Source: Candidatus Hydrothermales bacterium
GTDB taxonomy: Bacteria > Hydrothermota > Hydrothermia > Hydrothermales > JAJRUZ01
DNA length: 51,669 bases
Reading direction: 5' to 3'
Assembly: GCA_039630575.1 (NCBI GenBank)
Contig: JBCNUW010000013.1
Coordinates: 1-51,669, forward strand
The notes under the pieces were generated by a model. It saw only the letters and a program-made list of their open reading frames with translations, did not search any database and was not told where the DNA came from. Shown here in pieces: positions 21,420 through 28,858 of this stretch; the stretch's first letter is position 1, and each line of letters begins with the position of its first letter. The position numbers and the translations under genes were made by a program.

Positions 21420-21589
21420 TCTGGACCTGGAGTTGCCTCTTGCATCAATCTCCACATCAATGCTATTATCCTCTGAACCTGTTTCCCCAAAGCTCTATAG
21501 GCTGCAAAAGCAAAAAGAGCTATAAGACCTATAATCATTGCATACTCAACTGCAGTAGCTCCCTTTTGATCCTTTAAAATTTTTTTCAT
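21416..21589 (-). CDS. flp: Flp pilin (57 aa)
   Basis: MKKILKDQKG/ATAVEYAMIIGLIALFAFAAYRALGKQVQRIIALMWRLMQEATPGPE; SD AAGGAG. Confidence 0.92.
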   Translation of the reverse strand: MKKILKDQKGATAVEYAMIIGLIALFAFAAYRALGKQVQRIIALMWRLMQEATPGPE

Positions 21590-21608
21590 AATTTAAACTC
21601 CTTTTAAA

Positions 21609-21785
21609 TTAAGGAGGTCCTGGATATATATAAAAAAACATTCTAGTCATTTCATTTATAATCTCCTCAACCTTTTTAGCCAGATAGGAATAAAAAAGGG
21701 AAAGTCCTGATACCCCCATAATGAATCCATACTCTACACTTGATCCGCCTCTTTCCTCTTTCAAAAAATCAAAAAATTTCATCAT
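21609..21785 (-). CDS. flp: Divergent Flp-like pilin (58 aa)
   Basis: MMKFFDFLKEERG/GSSVEYGFIMGVSGLSLFYSYLAKKVEEIINEMTRMFFYIYPGPP. Confidence 0.85.
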   Translation of the reverse strand: MMKFFDFLKEERGGSSVEYGFIMGVSGLSLFYSYLAKKVEEIINEMTRMFFYIYPGPP

Positions 21786-21800
21786 TAAATATAAGAAATT

Positions 21801-21817
21801 AAGGGGTTTGAACCCTT
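21801..21817 (-). promoter_or_regulatory. T-loop hairpin 5
   Basis: AAGGG-TTCAAAC-CCCTT on the minus strand. Confidence 0.6.
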
Positions 21818-21856
21818 TTAAAATTTAAGATGAAGGTATCAGGAGGCACATTTACT

Positions 21857-22027
21857 CTATTCAGGACCAGCACTTGCCTGTTGCATCTGTCTCCACATTT
21901 CACTAATGATCCTTTGAACCTGCTTACCAAGAGCCCTGTAAGCTGCAAAAGCAAAAAGGGCTATTAGCCCTATTATCATTGCATACTCTACTGCTGTTGC
22001 TCCTTTTTCACATCTTAAAATTCTCAT
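21857..22027 (-). CDS. flp: Flp pilin (56 aa), probable major pilin
   Basis: MRILRCEKG/ATAVEYAMIIGLIALFAFAAYRALGKQVQRIISEMWRQMQQASAGPE; strongest SD (AGGGAGGT) of the set. Confidence 0.93.
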   Translation of the reverse strand: MRILRCEKGATAVEYAMIIGLIALFAFAAYRALGKQVQRIISEMWRQMQQASAGPE

Positions 22028-22049
22028 ACTTTACCTCCCTTTTATTTTG

Positions 22050-22066
22050 TGGGGATTTGGACCCCA
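22050..22066 (-). promoter_or_regulatory. T-loop hairpin 6
   Basis: TGGGG-TCCAAAT-CCCCA on the minus strand. Confidence 0.6.
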
Positions 22067-22073
22067 TAAGTTT

Positions 22074-22577
22074 TTAACCAGGTAAAACCCTTTGTAGGGT
22101 AACTGTTAAATTAATTTTAAATTTATAATTATTCCCATCCCTTACATAGAAAGTTAAAACTGCATTCACTGGTCCTTCAAAATTACCTTTATCCGGTGCA
22201 AAAAGATTCTCAACATCTCCAGTTACTAAGTCAATCCTTGCTGTTTCCTCTCCATCTGGTGGAATATAAAGAGAGATACCAAATGTATACTCTGGTAATT
22301 CTTCAACAATAGAGTCTCTAACCGGGTCATCACCAGGATAGTAATAATCTACACTTGCAGAGTCAATAATCCCATAGGTTCCCCCATATGTTTCTTTAAA
22401 AGTAACCTGAAGTAAAGGATATGTTAACTTTAACTGACCAGGTGTTATCTCGTAAATTAGTGTTATAGTTTGAAGGTTACTTGTAACTACTATTTGAGCT
22501 TTTGGATAAAAGGGATTATTAAATTTACAACCCATAACCAAAATTAAGATAGTTAATAATATCTTTTTCATATTCAT
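22074..22577 (-). CDS. Lipoprotein in the Tad operon
   Basis: MKKILLTILILVMG-C lipobox. Confidence 0.8.
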   Translation of the reverse strand: MNMKKILLTILILVMGCKFNNPFYPKAQIVVTSNLQTITLIYEITPGQLKLTYPLLQVTFKETYGGTYGIIDSASVDYYYPGDDPVRDSIVEELPEYTFGISLYIPPDGEETARIDLVTGDVENLFAPDKGNFEGPVNAVLTFYVRDGNNYKFKINLTVTLQRVLPG

Positions 22578-22586
22578 AATATTATT

Positions 22587-23330
22587 TTACTTAAAGTATG
22601 TTGAAACATCAAAAACTGCTTTATAAAGAGGGGGTGTTTTACCAATTACATGAACAAGAGGCATTGGAGCAGGAAAAGCACAATTTGCAACTACTTTTCT
22701 TTCTTTTAAATCACCTTTAAATCCTGCTGCCTTAAAAATTGGATTAATCAAATTAAGTAATGGTGCACCTACTGGATATTCAACTTTTACATTAACTATC
22801 CAGATGTCTGAACTTATCCTATACTTGGTGTATCTGTATCTCTCATTCCGATCAAATTCATTTTCAAGTTCCTGCCTTACCAACATTGAGTGGCATCTTG
22901 TGTCACAGTTGTCTCCACCTAGCATATCAGTGTAAAGAGCATGAACTGTTGCTCTTCCCCTATCTCCTGGATTCTGAACATTTTCCTCTTTAAGTGTAAA
23001 TGGTAATGAAAACCAATTAATACTGATACTAGCCTTATCTGGATTTAATCCGTTTCTTCTTAAAACATCTTTAACTATCTCCCTTACTTTCTGTCCTTTT
23101 CCACCTGAAAGAGGTATCCAAACTCCCATTGTAGCCATCTGGTTTCCGTAAACAGGATCAGGAGTTACAGCATATTGAGCTCCTGCTCTTGCTGCGATAG
23201 TCACAACCTGTTTCTTATGTAATATGTAACCTAACATATATATCCACGCAATAAGGAGAAGTAGAATCGGTAAAATTATTGCAAGTTCTACTAAAAAAGT
23301 CCCTTTTTTAAAATTTTTTAATTTTTTCAT
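22587..23330 (-). CDS. tadE: TadE-family minor pilin
   Basis: KKG/TFLVELAIILP...AARAGAQYA. Confidence 0.88.
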   Translation of the reverse strand: MKKLKNFKKGTFLVELAIILPILLLLIAWIYMLGYILHKKQVVTIAARAGAQYAVTPDPVYGNQMATMGVWIPLSGGKGQKVREIVKDVLRRNGLNPDKASISINWFSLPFTLKEENVQNPGDRGRATVHALYTDMLGGDNCDTRCHSMLVRQELENEFDRNERYRYTKYRISSDIWIVNVKVEYPVGAPLLNLINPIFKAAGFKGDLKERKVVANCAFPAPMPLVHVIGKTPPLYKAVFDVSTYFK

Positions 23331-23342
23331 CTTTACCCCCTT

Positions 23343-24362
23343 TTAATGATAAGGCCACTGTCCCTCAATTGGATTTTGTCCTTCAACCTTTATAGTCGGA
23401 ATTAACTGAGGAAAACTCCAATAACCATCTTCACTAAGATTTCCTATAATTGGAATAGAAGTTGGTAATCCTATCCTTATATAAAATTCCTTAGGACCAG
23501 CTGCAGCATCTGTTCTTACAGGGAGATACATCCCTTCAATAAAACTAAAAGGTTCCCTAATTGCTCCTATCTTTCCCCAATTTCTTGAAAAAAACGTCCT
23601 CATGAGAAAATTTGAAGGTGGAACCAAAACATAGGCTTCACTATAGGCTCTTGCAAGTTTTTTATTAATCTCAATTTCATCATTTTTGTTTCTTATCCTC
23701 CTATGGGGGTGAGGCCCGTTAACTTCCTCACCGTAATCTACCTTTAAACCCTCTGGGGCCCAATCTGGACCCTCTTTGTCAAATCTCAATCTAACAAATC
23801 CCAATTCATTACCCTCTAACTGATTATCCATATATAGATTTAAATAACCGAGAACAAAAGATACATACCTCATAATATTACGTGTTCTCGAAAACTCATT
23901 CTCTGCCTCCTCTTTTATAAAATCTCTGAAAAATATCTTTGAATCATAAGCAGCTAGCATCCTTGTAACAGCAAAATCTTGAATGTGAAACATAAAGTGA
24001 TAAAGTTTAACAAGAGTAGAAACAGTATCATCAGGAAGATTATTTACAAATAAATCTTTTTTGTACCAAGAATAAAAAGTTAAATAAGAAAATAGCCAGG
24101 GCATACTGAGTGGAAAATTTCTATGAGTGGTTGTAACTGCTATTCTTCTGAATATATCAGCTACCATGTAGTGTGTTGTGGCAGTATTCCTTAAATTTGA
24201 TAAAACAGTCTGAGCACCCATTGCTGAAGCATCTGCAGCATTCTGTGCACGTATCTTAGCCAAGGTCAACCTACCCATCTCATAAAAATAACCCATCACA
24301 GCAAAAATTATAAGCATAAAAAATATCCCAAATACTAAAACCGCTCCCCTTGTTCTTTTCAT
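23343..24362 (-). CDS. tadG: TadG-like pilus assembly protein
   Basis: RG/AVLVF..., EMG...AQNAADASAMGA. Confidence 0.82.
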   Translation of the reverse strand: MKRTRGAVLVFGIFFMLIIFAVMGYFYEMGRLTLAKIRAQNAADASAMGAQTVLSNLRNTATTHYMVADIFRRIAVTTTHRNFPLSMPWLFSYLTFYSWYKKDLFVNNLPDDTVSTLVKLYHFMFHIQDFAVTRMLAAYDSKIFFRDFIKEEAENEFSRTRNIMRYVSFVLGYLNLYMDNQLEGNELGFVRLRFDKEGPDWAPEGLKVDYGEEVNGPHPHRRIRNKNDEIEINKKLARAYSEAYVLVPPSNFLMRTFFSRNWGKIGAIREPFSFIEGMYLPVRTDAAAGPKEFYIRIGLPTSIPIIGNLSEDGYWSFPQLIPTIKVEGQNPIEGQWPYH

Positions 24363-24374
24363 AATTACCCCCTT

Positions 24375-25793
24375 TTATTGTTTTTCCTTACCATCCCATT
24401 CATCCCAGGGACTTTCATACCACAAACAATCCCATTTTGTTCCCCAACCTCTCAGGTCATCCTTAAAGGGTAAAGAATTACCATGATTAGGGTGGTCAAC
24501 TCCCAAAAAGCCTTCAACAAGGTAAATCCATTCAACCTCATTAAAGGTTGAAACATAAAAAGCAGCATCATAAAGTCTTCTTGTACCTTTCCAGTCCCAA
24601 GGTTCACGATTACCTATGTAATTAGCATACCATCCATTAAAGAGAGTAAATTGAAAATTATCCCCAACACCAGCCCCAGGTATGCAGCCCCAGGGTGTTT
24701 TTATAGGATTCCAACATGCATCAGCATAAGCAGTTCCCCAACCCGAAATATAGTTATCTTCATTTTTGTAATACTCACTCCATGGATCAGAAAACCACTG
24801 GTTACCCATCCCTATATAGTATATACCTGTGACAAGATCTGCACAATCAACAGGTATCCACCAAAGAGCCTCATACCTTGGCCAAAAACCAAACCAAAAG
24901 GGTATTGCAAAACCTTGTGAATTAAGATATTCTAAAAAATCAGCTCTATAGGGATGAGCATCACTTCCTTTGTTTATGTTATTTCCGTGACCAAACCCGG
25001 TAATCGCTCTTGACCAGTATGGCTTATTTTCAGGAATTAAAGTTAAAAATGGGAAAGAGGAATAACCAAATAACATTGCCTCTATAAAATAATACTGATC
25101 AATAAGCGCCTGGTTTCCAGTTCTATTTTTTTCTGGACCACTATTCCTTAAAATACCATAAGGAGGATACCAACCACCAAGATGAAAAGGATCATTTGGT
25201 TCATCCTTTCCACCAACCCTAATTTCTGCCTCTCCACCACCACCATATTCACCAAATGGACCCCAACCAGGTTTCCAAGCCTCATATCTATTATCTTCAC
25301 ACCTTATAAAGGCTCTTAGATATCTGTCATAAGTTAAAATTCCTGCCTCTCTTTCATCTTCCATATTTGAAGTATTCCATAAGGCAGGATAGTAGTTGCT
25401 GTATCCCTTATATTTATATGGAAATTCCTTGTTCTGAAAATTACCCTTTGGTAATCTTGAATAGCCCCCCAAAACAATAGAATCTACTTTAAAAAATCTT
25501 ATTAAAGGTCGAAAGGTTTTCTTCACTGAAAGAGAAAATTCTTCACCCTCATCCTTTAATTTGATTTTAGCATCTTTTATATGATTAGATATTTCGTTAA
25601 GAGCCTTACGTACTGCCGTTGTATCTCCCTTGTTTACTATTGCTACTCTATTTGCTTGGAAGGAAGCATAGGTAACTTGAATCCTTCTTAAAGCAAACCT
25701 TGCTGTTTCAATAGCTCCAAGGGTAAGCATTAGAAAAACTGCCATACCTATTACCGCTTCTACCATAACTTGGCCCTTTTTCCTTTTGGTCAT
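24375..25793 (-). CDS. TadE-like minor pilin with a large Trp/Gly-rich C-terminal domain
   Basis: KKG/QVMVEAVI...YASFQANR N-terminus plus an ~350-aa extension. Confidence 0.82.
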   Translation of the reverse strand: MTKRKKGQVMVEAVIGMAVFLMLTLGAIETARFALRRIQVTYASFQANRVAIVNKGDTTAVRKALNEISNHIKDAKIKLKDEGEEFSLSVKKTFRPLIRFFKVDSIVLGGYSRLPKGNFQNKEFPYKYKGYSNYYPALWNTSNMEDEREAGILTYDRYLRAFIRCEDNRYEAWKPGWGPFGEYGGGGEAEIRVGGKDEPNDPFHLGGWYPPYGILRNSGPEKNRTGNQALIDQYYFIEAMLFGYSSFPFLTLIPENKPYWSRAITGFGHGNNINKGSDAHPYRADFLEYLNSQGFAIPFWFGFWPRYEALWWIPVDCADLVTGIYYIGMGNQWFSDPWSEYYKNEDNYISGWGTAYADACWNPIKTPWGCIPGAGVGDNFQFTLFNGWYANYIGNREPWDWKGTRRLYDAAFYVSTFNEVEWIYLVEGFLGVDHPNHGNSLPFKDDLRGWGTKWDCLWYESPWDEWDGKEKQ

Positions 25794-25806
25794 ACTTTTC
25801 TCCTTT

Positions 25807-25959
25807 TTACCATAAAAGATTATATAAAAGTCTCATCACAACAAATCGTAAAACAAAACCCAAGATCTTCCAAAAAAAATAAGCTGAGAGAGCAATAAGT
25901 CCTATAATCATTGCATACTCAACAACTACAGCACCTTCTTCGTTTTTTAAAATTTTCAT
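25807..25959 (-). CDS. flp: Flp-like pilin (50 aa)
   Basis: MKILKNEEG/AVVVEYAMIIGLIALSAYFFWKILGFVLRFVVMRLLYNLLW; ATGA overlap with the upstream pilin. Confidence 0.9.
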   Translation of the reverse strand: MKILKNEEGAVVVEYAMIIGLIALSAYFFWKILGFVLRFVVMRLLYNLLW

Positions 25960-26126
25960 GGTTTTAATTTCCAAAAAACTTTATACCATTTATAGATAAA
26001 ATCTGAACCTAAAATAAAAAGTGCATAGTTTAAAAGAAAAATGCCAAGAAAACCAAAGATACCAATTAAGACCGCATACTCAATTGCGGCCTCACCCCTT
26101 TCGTTTATTAATAATTTTTTTTTCAT
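25956..26126 (-). CDS. flp: Flp-like pilin (56 aa)
   Basis: MKKKLLINERG/EAAIEYAVLIGIFGFLGIFLLNYALFILGSDFIYKWYKVFWKLKP. Confidence 0.88.
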   Translation of the reverse strand: MKKKLLINERGEAAIEYAVLIGIFGFLGIFLLNYALFILGSDFIYKWYKVFWKLKP

Positions 26127-26158
26127 TGGGATTCCCCTTTTCTTAAACTTTCTATTAA

Positions 26159-26187
26159 ATTATACTACAAAGAATTTTTTATGTCAA
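26159..26187 (-). promoter_or_regulatory. Consensus sigma70 promoter of the pilin operon
   Basis: TTGACA-17 nt-TATAAT on the minus strand. Confidence 0.85.
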
Positions 26188-26202
26188 GGGTTGTGTGAAA
26201 AA

Positions 26203-27738
26203 CTAAAAAAAGCCATAAAGGTTTAGAAATTTTTTTAGCATTTCTTTTTTTTGTTCATTCAGAGAGTCCTTTATATCATATAGAAAATGAAGAATTTCTT
26301 CACTTTCAACTCTTGGATTCAGAACAGAAAGTGTAATAGTGAATAAAAGTGAAAAGTCCTTTCCCATTAAAATCCTTTCTTTTTCTAATTTCCAAAAGTT
26401 TACTCTCTGATCTATTGATTTATAATGAGGAGGAGCTGAAATATATTTAATTTGGGAAATTTCAAGAAAAATATCAAAATCTTTTAAATCTCCGTTTAAT
26501 AAAGATAATTCGGAAAGTGCAAAATAATCGTAAAACTCCTTTTTGTCTACTTTTGATAAAACATTTATTGCTTTCAAATATTTTTTCTCATTTTTAAAAA
26601 TTTCAGAAGAAAATCTGAATAAATGATTCTTAAAATCAGGAAAAGGTATTTTACTTCCAAGAGCAAAAAAAGTTAGTCCCATAATAATCGAGTATATGAA
26701 AAATAAAAAATTATAAAAAAAAGAGAATTTCCTATAGACGTAAAAGCAAAGACTAAAAACAAAGAAAGCTACAATAGTAGCTGAGGACTGGATTGAAATG
26801 CATAAAAAAGAAAGAACAAAAGGCAAAATAAAAAATTTACTTTTTTCAAAGGAAGTATACAGAAAAAATACTGAAAAAGAATGTAAAATAATATATAGGA
26901 TATTTCCTGGCAAAAACAGAAATCTTGGAAAGATCTCGCTAATTTTAATGGAATACAAAATAATCACAAAAAGGGTAATAAAAGAATAGAAAAAGGATAA
27001 AATGTTAACTCTTTTGGGAAAGTATTCTTTAAAGGCAAAGGGGCTCAATAAAATAATTATTATAACAAAAAACATATTTGGTATAGTCGGTTTAGCAATA
27101 AAAATAGGGGTAACAAGGGAATAAAAGTAAAGTTCCTCGATGGCGAAAATCGAACTAAGAAGAAGAGGTAAAAAAGGAAAAATAAAAAAACTAAAAAGAG
27201 GTAAAAATATCCTCTTTGCCCCTTTTAATTTAAAAAATAAATAAATTGATAACAAAAGATCTATTATAAAAACCTCTAATTTTATTCCAGGAGTTGCACC
27301 AAAGGTCTGACTAAATGGAGAAGTAAAAAGAGAAAAATAAATTGGAAGAATTTGAGACGTATCACTTAGATAACTTAACACAAAACCTTTTCCCCCTGAA
27401 ATTAGGTAATCAACAAAAGGTGGCAAGATAATAATAGAAAAACCATAACAGATAAGTTTAAATACAAGTTCTTTGTCAAAAAAAATTCTCAAGTAAAGGT
27501 ATATAATTATAAAAAGGGCTATAAAAAAAAGGTAAAAATGTAAGATAAAGTCAAATTTATTCTCAACAGCGTGTGCAGATTCCAAGAGAGTTTCAAAGAA
27601 AAATCTTAACGATATAAAAGATAAAAAACTTAAAAAAGCTTCTTTTTTTTCTCTTCTTTTTACAAAACTTTCAAATGAATCAACTAACTTATATAGATAA
27701 AATAATACTCGTATTTTCAGATCAGAATAGATATACAA
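26203..27738 (-). CDS. Polytopic membrane protein of unknown function
   Basis: About 12 hydrophobic segments plus a helical C-terminal domain. Confidence 0.65.
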   Translation of the reverse strand: MYIYSDLKIRVLFYLYKLVDSFESFVKRREKKEAFLSFLSFISLRFFFETLLESAHAVENKFDFILHFYLFFIALFIIIYLYLRIFFDKELVFKLICYGFSIIILPPFVDYLISGGKGFVLSYLSDTSQILPIYFSLFTSPFSQTFGATPGIKLEVFIIDLLLSIYLFFKLKGAKRIFLPLFSFFIFPFLPLLLSSIFAIEELYFYSLVTPIFIAKPTIPNMFFVIIIILLSPFAFKEYFPKRVNILSFFYSFITLFVIILYSIKISEIFPRFLFLPGNILYIILHSFSVFFLYTSFEKSKFFILPFVLSFLCISIQSSATIVAFFVFSLCFYVYRKFSFFYNFLFFIYSIIMGLTFFALGSKIPFPDFKNHLFRFSSEIFKNEKKYLKAINVLSKVDKKEFYDYFALSELSLLNGDLKDFDIFLEISQIKYISAPPHYKSIDQRVNFWKLEKERILMGKDFSLLFTITLSVLNPRVESEEILHFLYDIKDSLNEQKKEMLKKFLNLYGFF

Positions 27739-27740
27739 AC

Positions 27741-28856
27741 TTAAAAACAGGTATCACAGGGTAAATTTCCCGGTATGTTTACTCCTTGTTGTCTTAGAAG
27801 GTTCTCAAATCCTTTCATATAAGTACTCATAAATGTTTCCATCAATTTTTCTGGCTTTCTCTCTGTTTCAGCTTCACCCCATGGTTTTTGCTCAACCACT
27901 TCACTACCTTTTAATTTAACTTGTTCCAATTCTGTCCTTTTATAAATATTTATATAGGAAAATGGTGAAACAGGCTCTTTAGGGGTGGCTCTTCTAACTT
28001 TTTGGGGTTTTGGCCTTGGATTATACTTCTCAAGTATATCAAATACAGTTAAGGGTTTTTCTATAATTGTATCCTCACCTGGGATTTTTATTTCTCTTAT
28101 GGACCTTAATACCAATCTAATATCAGAAATTTTCTCAAGTAGGGAAAGTTCCTTTACAATCTCTCTTGGAACAGCAAGTGTAACTGAGGAAACTCTTTCT
28201 GTCTCTGTAATTTCAGGCATACCCATAAAAGCTTTTTTCTCTGTAACAGTTGGTGGAAGTGCAAGAAGAGACTTTCCAACAGCAAGAATTCTCATACCCT
28301 TATAAGTAATAGTTGCAAAAGCTGCAGCAGGACCTCTTGCTCTGTAAAGCTGTGGACTTCTCAAATACCTTTGGAGTTCCTCTTCAGGAACATATCTCCT
28401 TAAATCTTCAAGTGAAAAAGTCGCAACAACGTCTACTTCATCTCCTGGTAATATTAAACCACCAACACCTGAAACTTCATCAACATGTATTGTTAAAGCT
28501 CTATATCCTTCAGGTACAAAGGATGAAAGAACTGTCCAAGTTTGAGTAGGTAAAAGTAAATTTTTTGTTATCTGTTCACCTTTTCTTATATCTGTTATTG
28601 CTACCATACCTATTATTTCTTCTATATTTGACACGGCTAAAGGTTCTATGAAAGGCTTTGGAATTTCCTTATACTCAACGAGATCCTCAGTTATTATTGT
28701 TCTTGCACTTATATCTTTTTTTGCAACGAGAATCCTTTCTGGCGCTCCTTTCATTAAAGTCTTTCTCTCAACATCTTGAATGTAGCTTATAAGTAAAAGG
28801 GCAGCTATACCTGCCAAAGATAAAGCTATTAAAAGCCTTCTAACATTAGGTCTCAT
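27741..28856 (-). CDS. cpaB: Flp pilus assembly protein CpaB/RcpC
   Basis: SAF domain (LVAKKDI), VPEGYRALTI, GVGGLILPGDEVDV. Confidence 0.95.
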   Translation of the reverse strand: MRPNVRRLLIALSLAGIAALLLISYIQDVERKTLMKGAPERILVAKKDISARTIITEDLVEYKEIPKPFIEPLAVSNIEEIIGMVAITDIRKGEQITKNLLLPTQTWTVLSSFVPEGYRALTIHVDEVSGVGGLILPGDEVDVVATFSLEDLRRYVPEEELQRYLRSPQLYRARGPAAAFATITYKGMRILAVGKSLLALPPTVTEKKAFMGMPEITETERVSSVTLAVPREIVKELSLLEKISDIRLVLRSIREIKIPGEDTIIEKPLTVFDILEKYNPRPKPQKVRRATPKEPVSPFSYINIYKRTELEQVKLKGSEVVEQKPWGEAETERKPEKLMETFMSTYMKGFENLLRQQGVNIPGNLPCDTCF

Positions 28857-28858
28857 TT

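Noticed and set aside
21077..22027. Repeated ~60-nt similar segments as a CRISPR array or DGR template/variable repeats
   Set aside because: The repeats are the coding N-helices of intact pilin genes and differ mainly at synonymous sites. No cas or reverse transcriptase gene is in the window.
13945..22066. T-loop hairpins as tRNA genes, tmRNA or tRNA fragments
   Set aside because: No D-arm, anticodon arm, acceptor stem or CCA context; the gaps are too short.
25807..26126. Electrically conductive pili suggested by aromatic content
   Set aside because: AT-rich codon bias inflates Phe/Tyr, the probable major pilin has only 5 aromatics in 47 residues, and no cytochrome genes are nearby.
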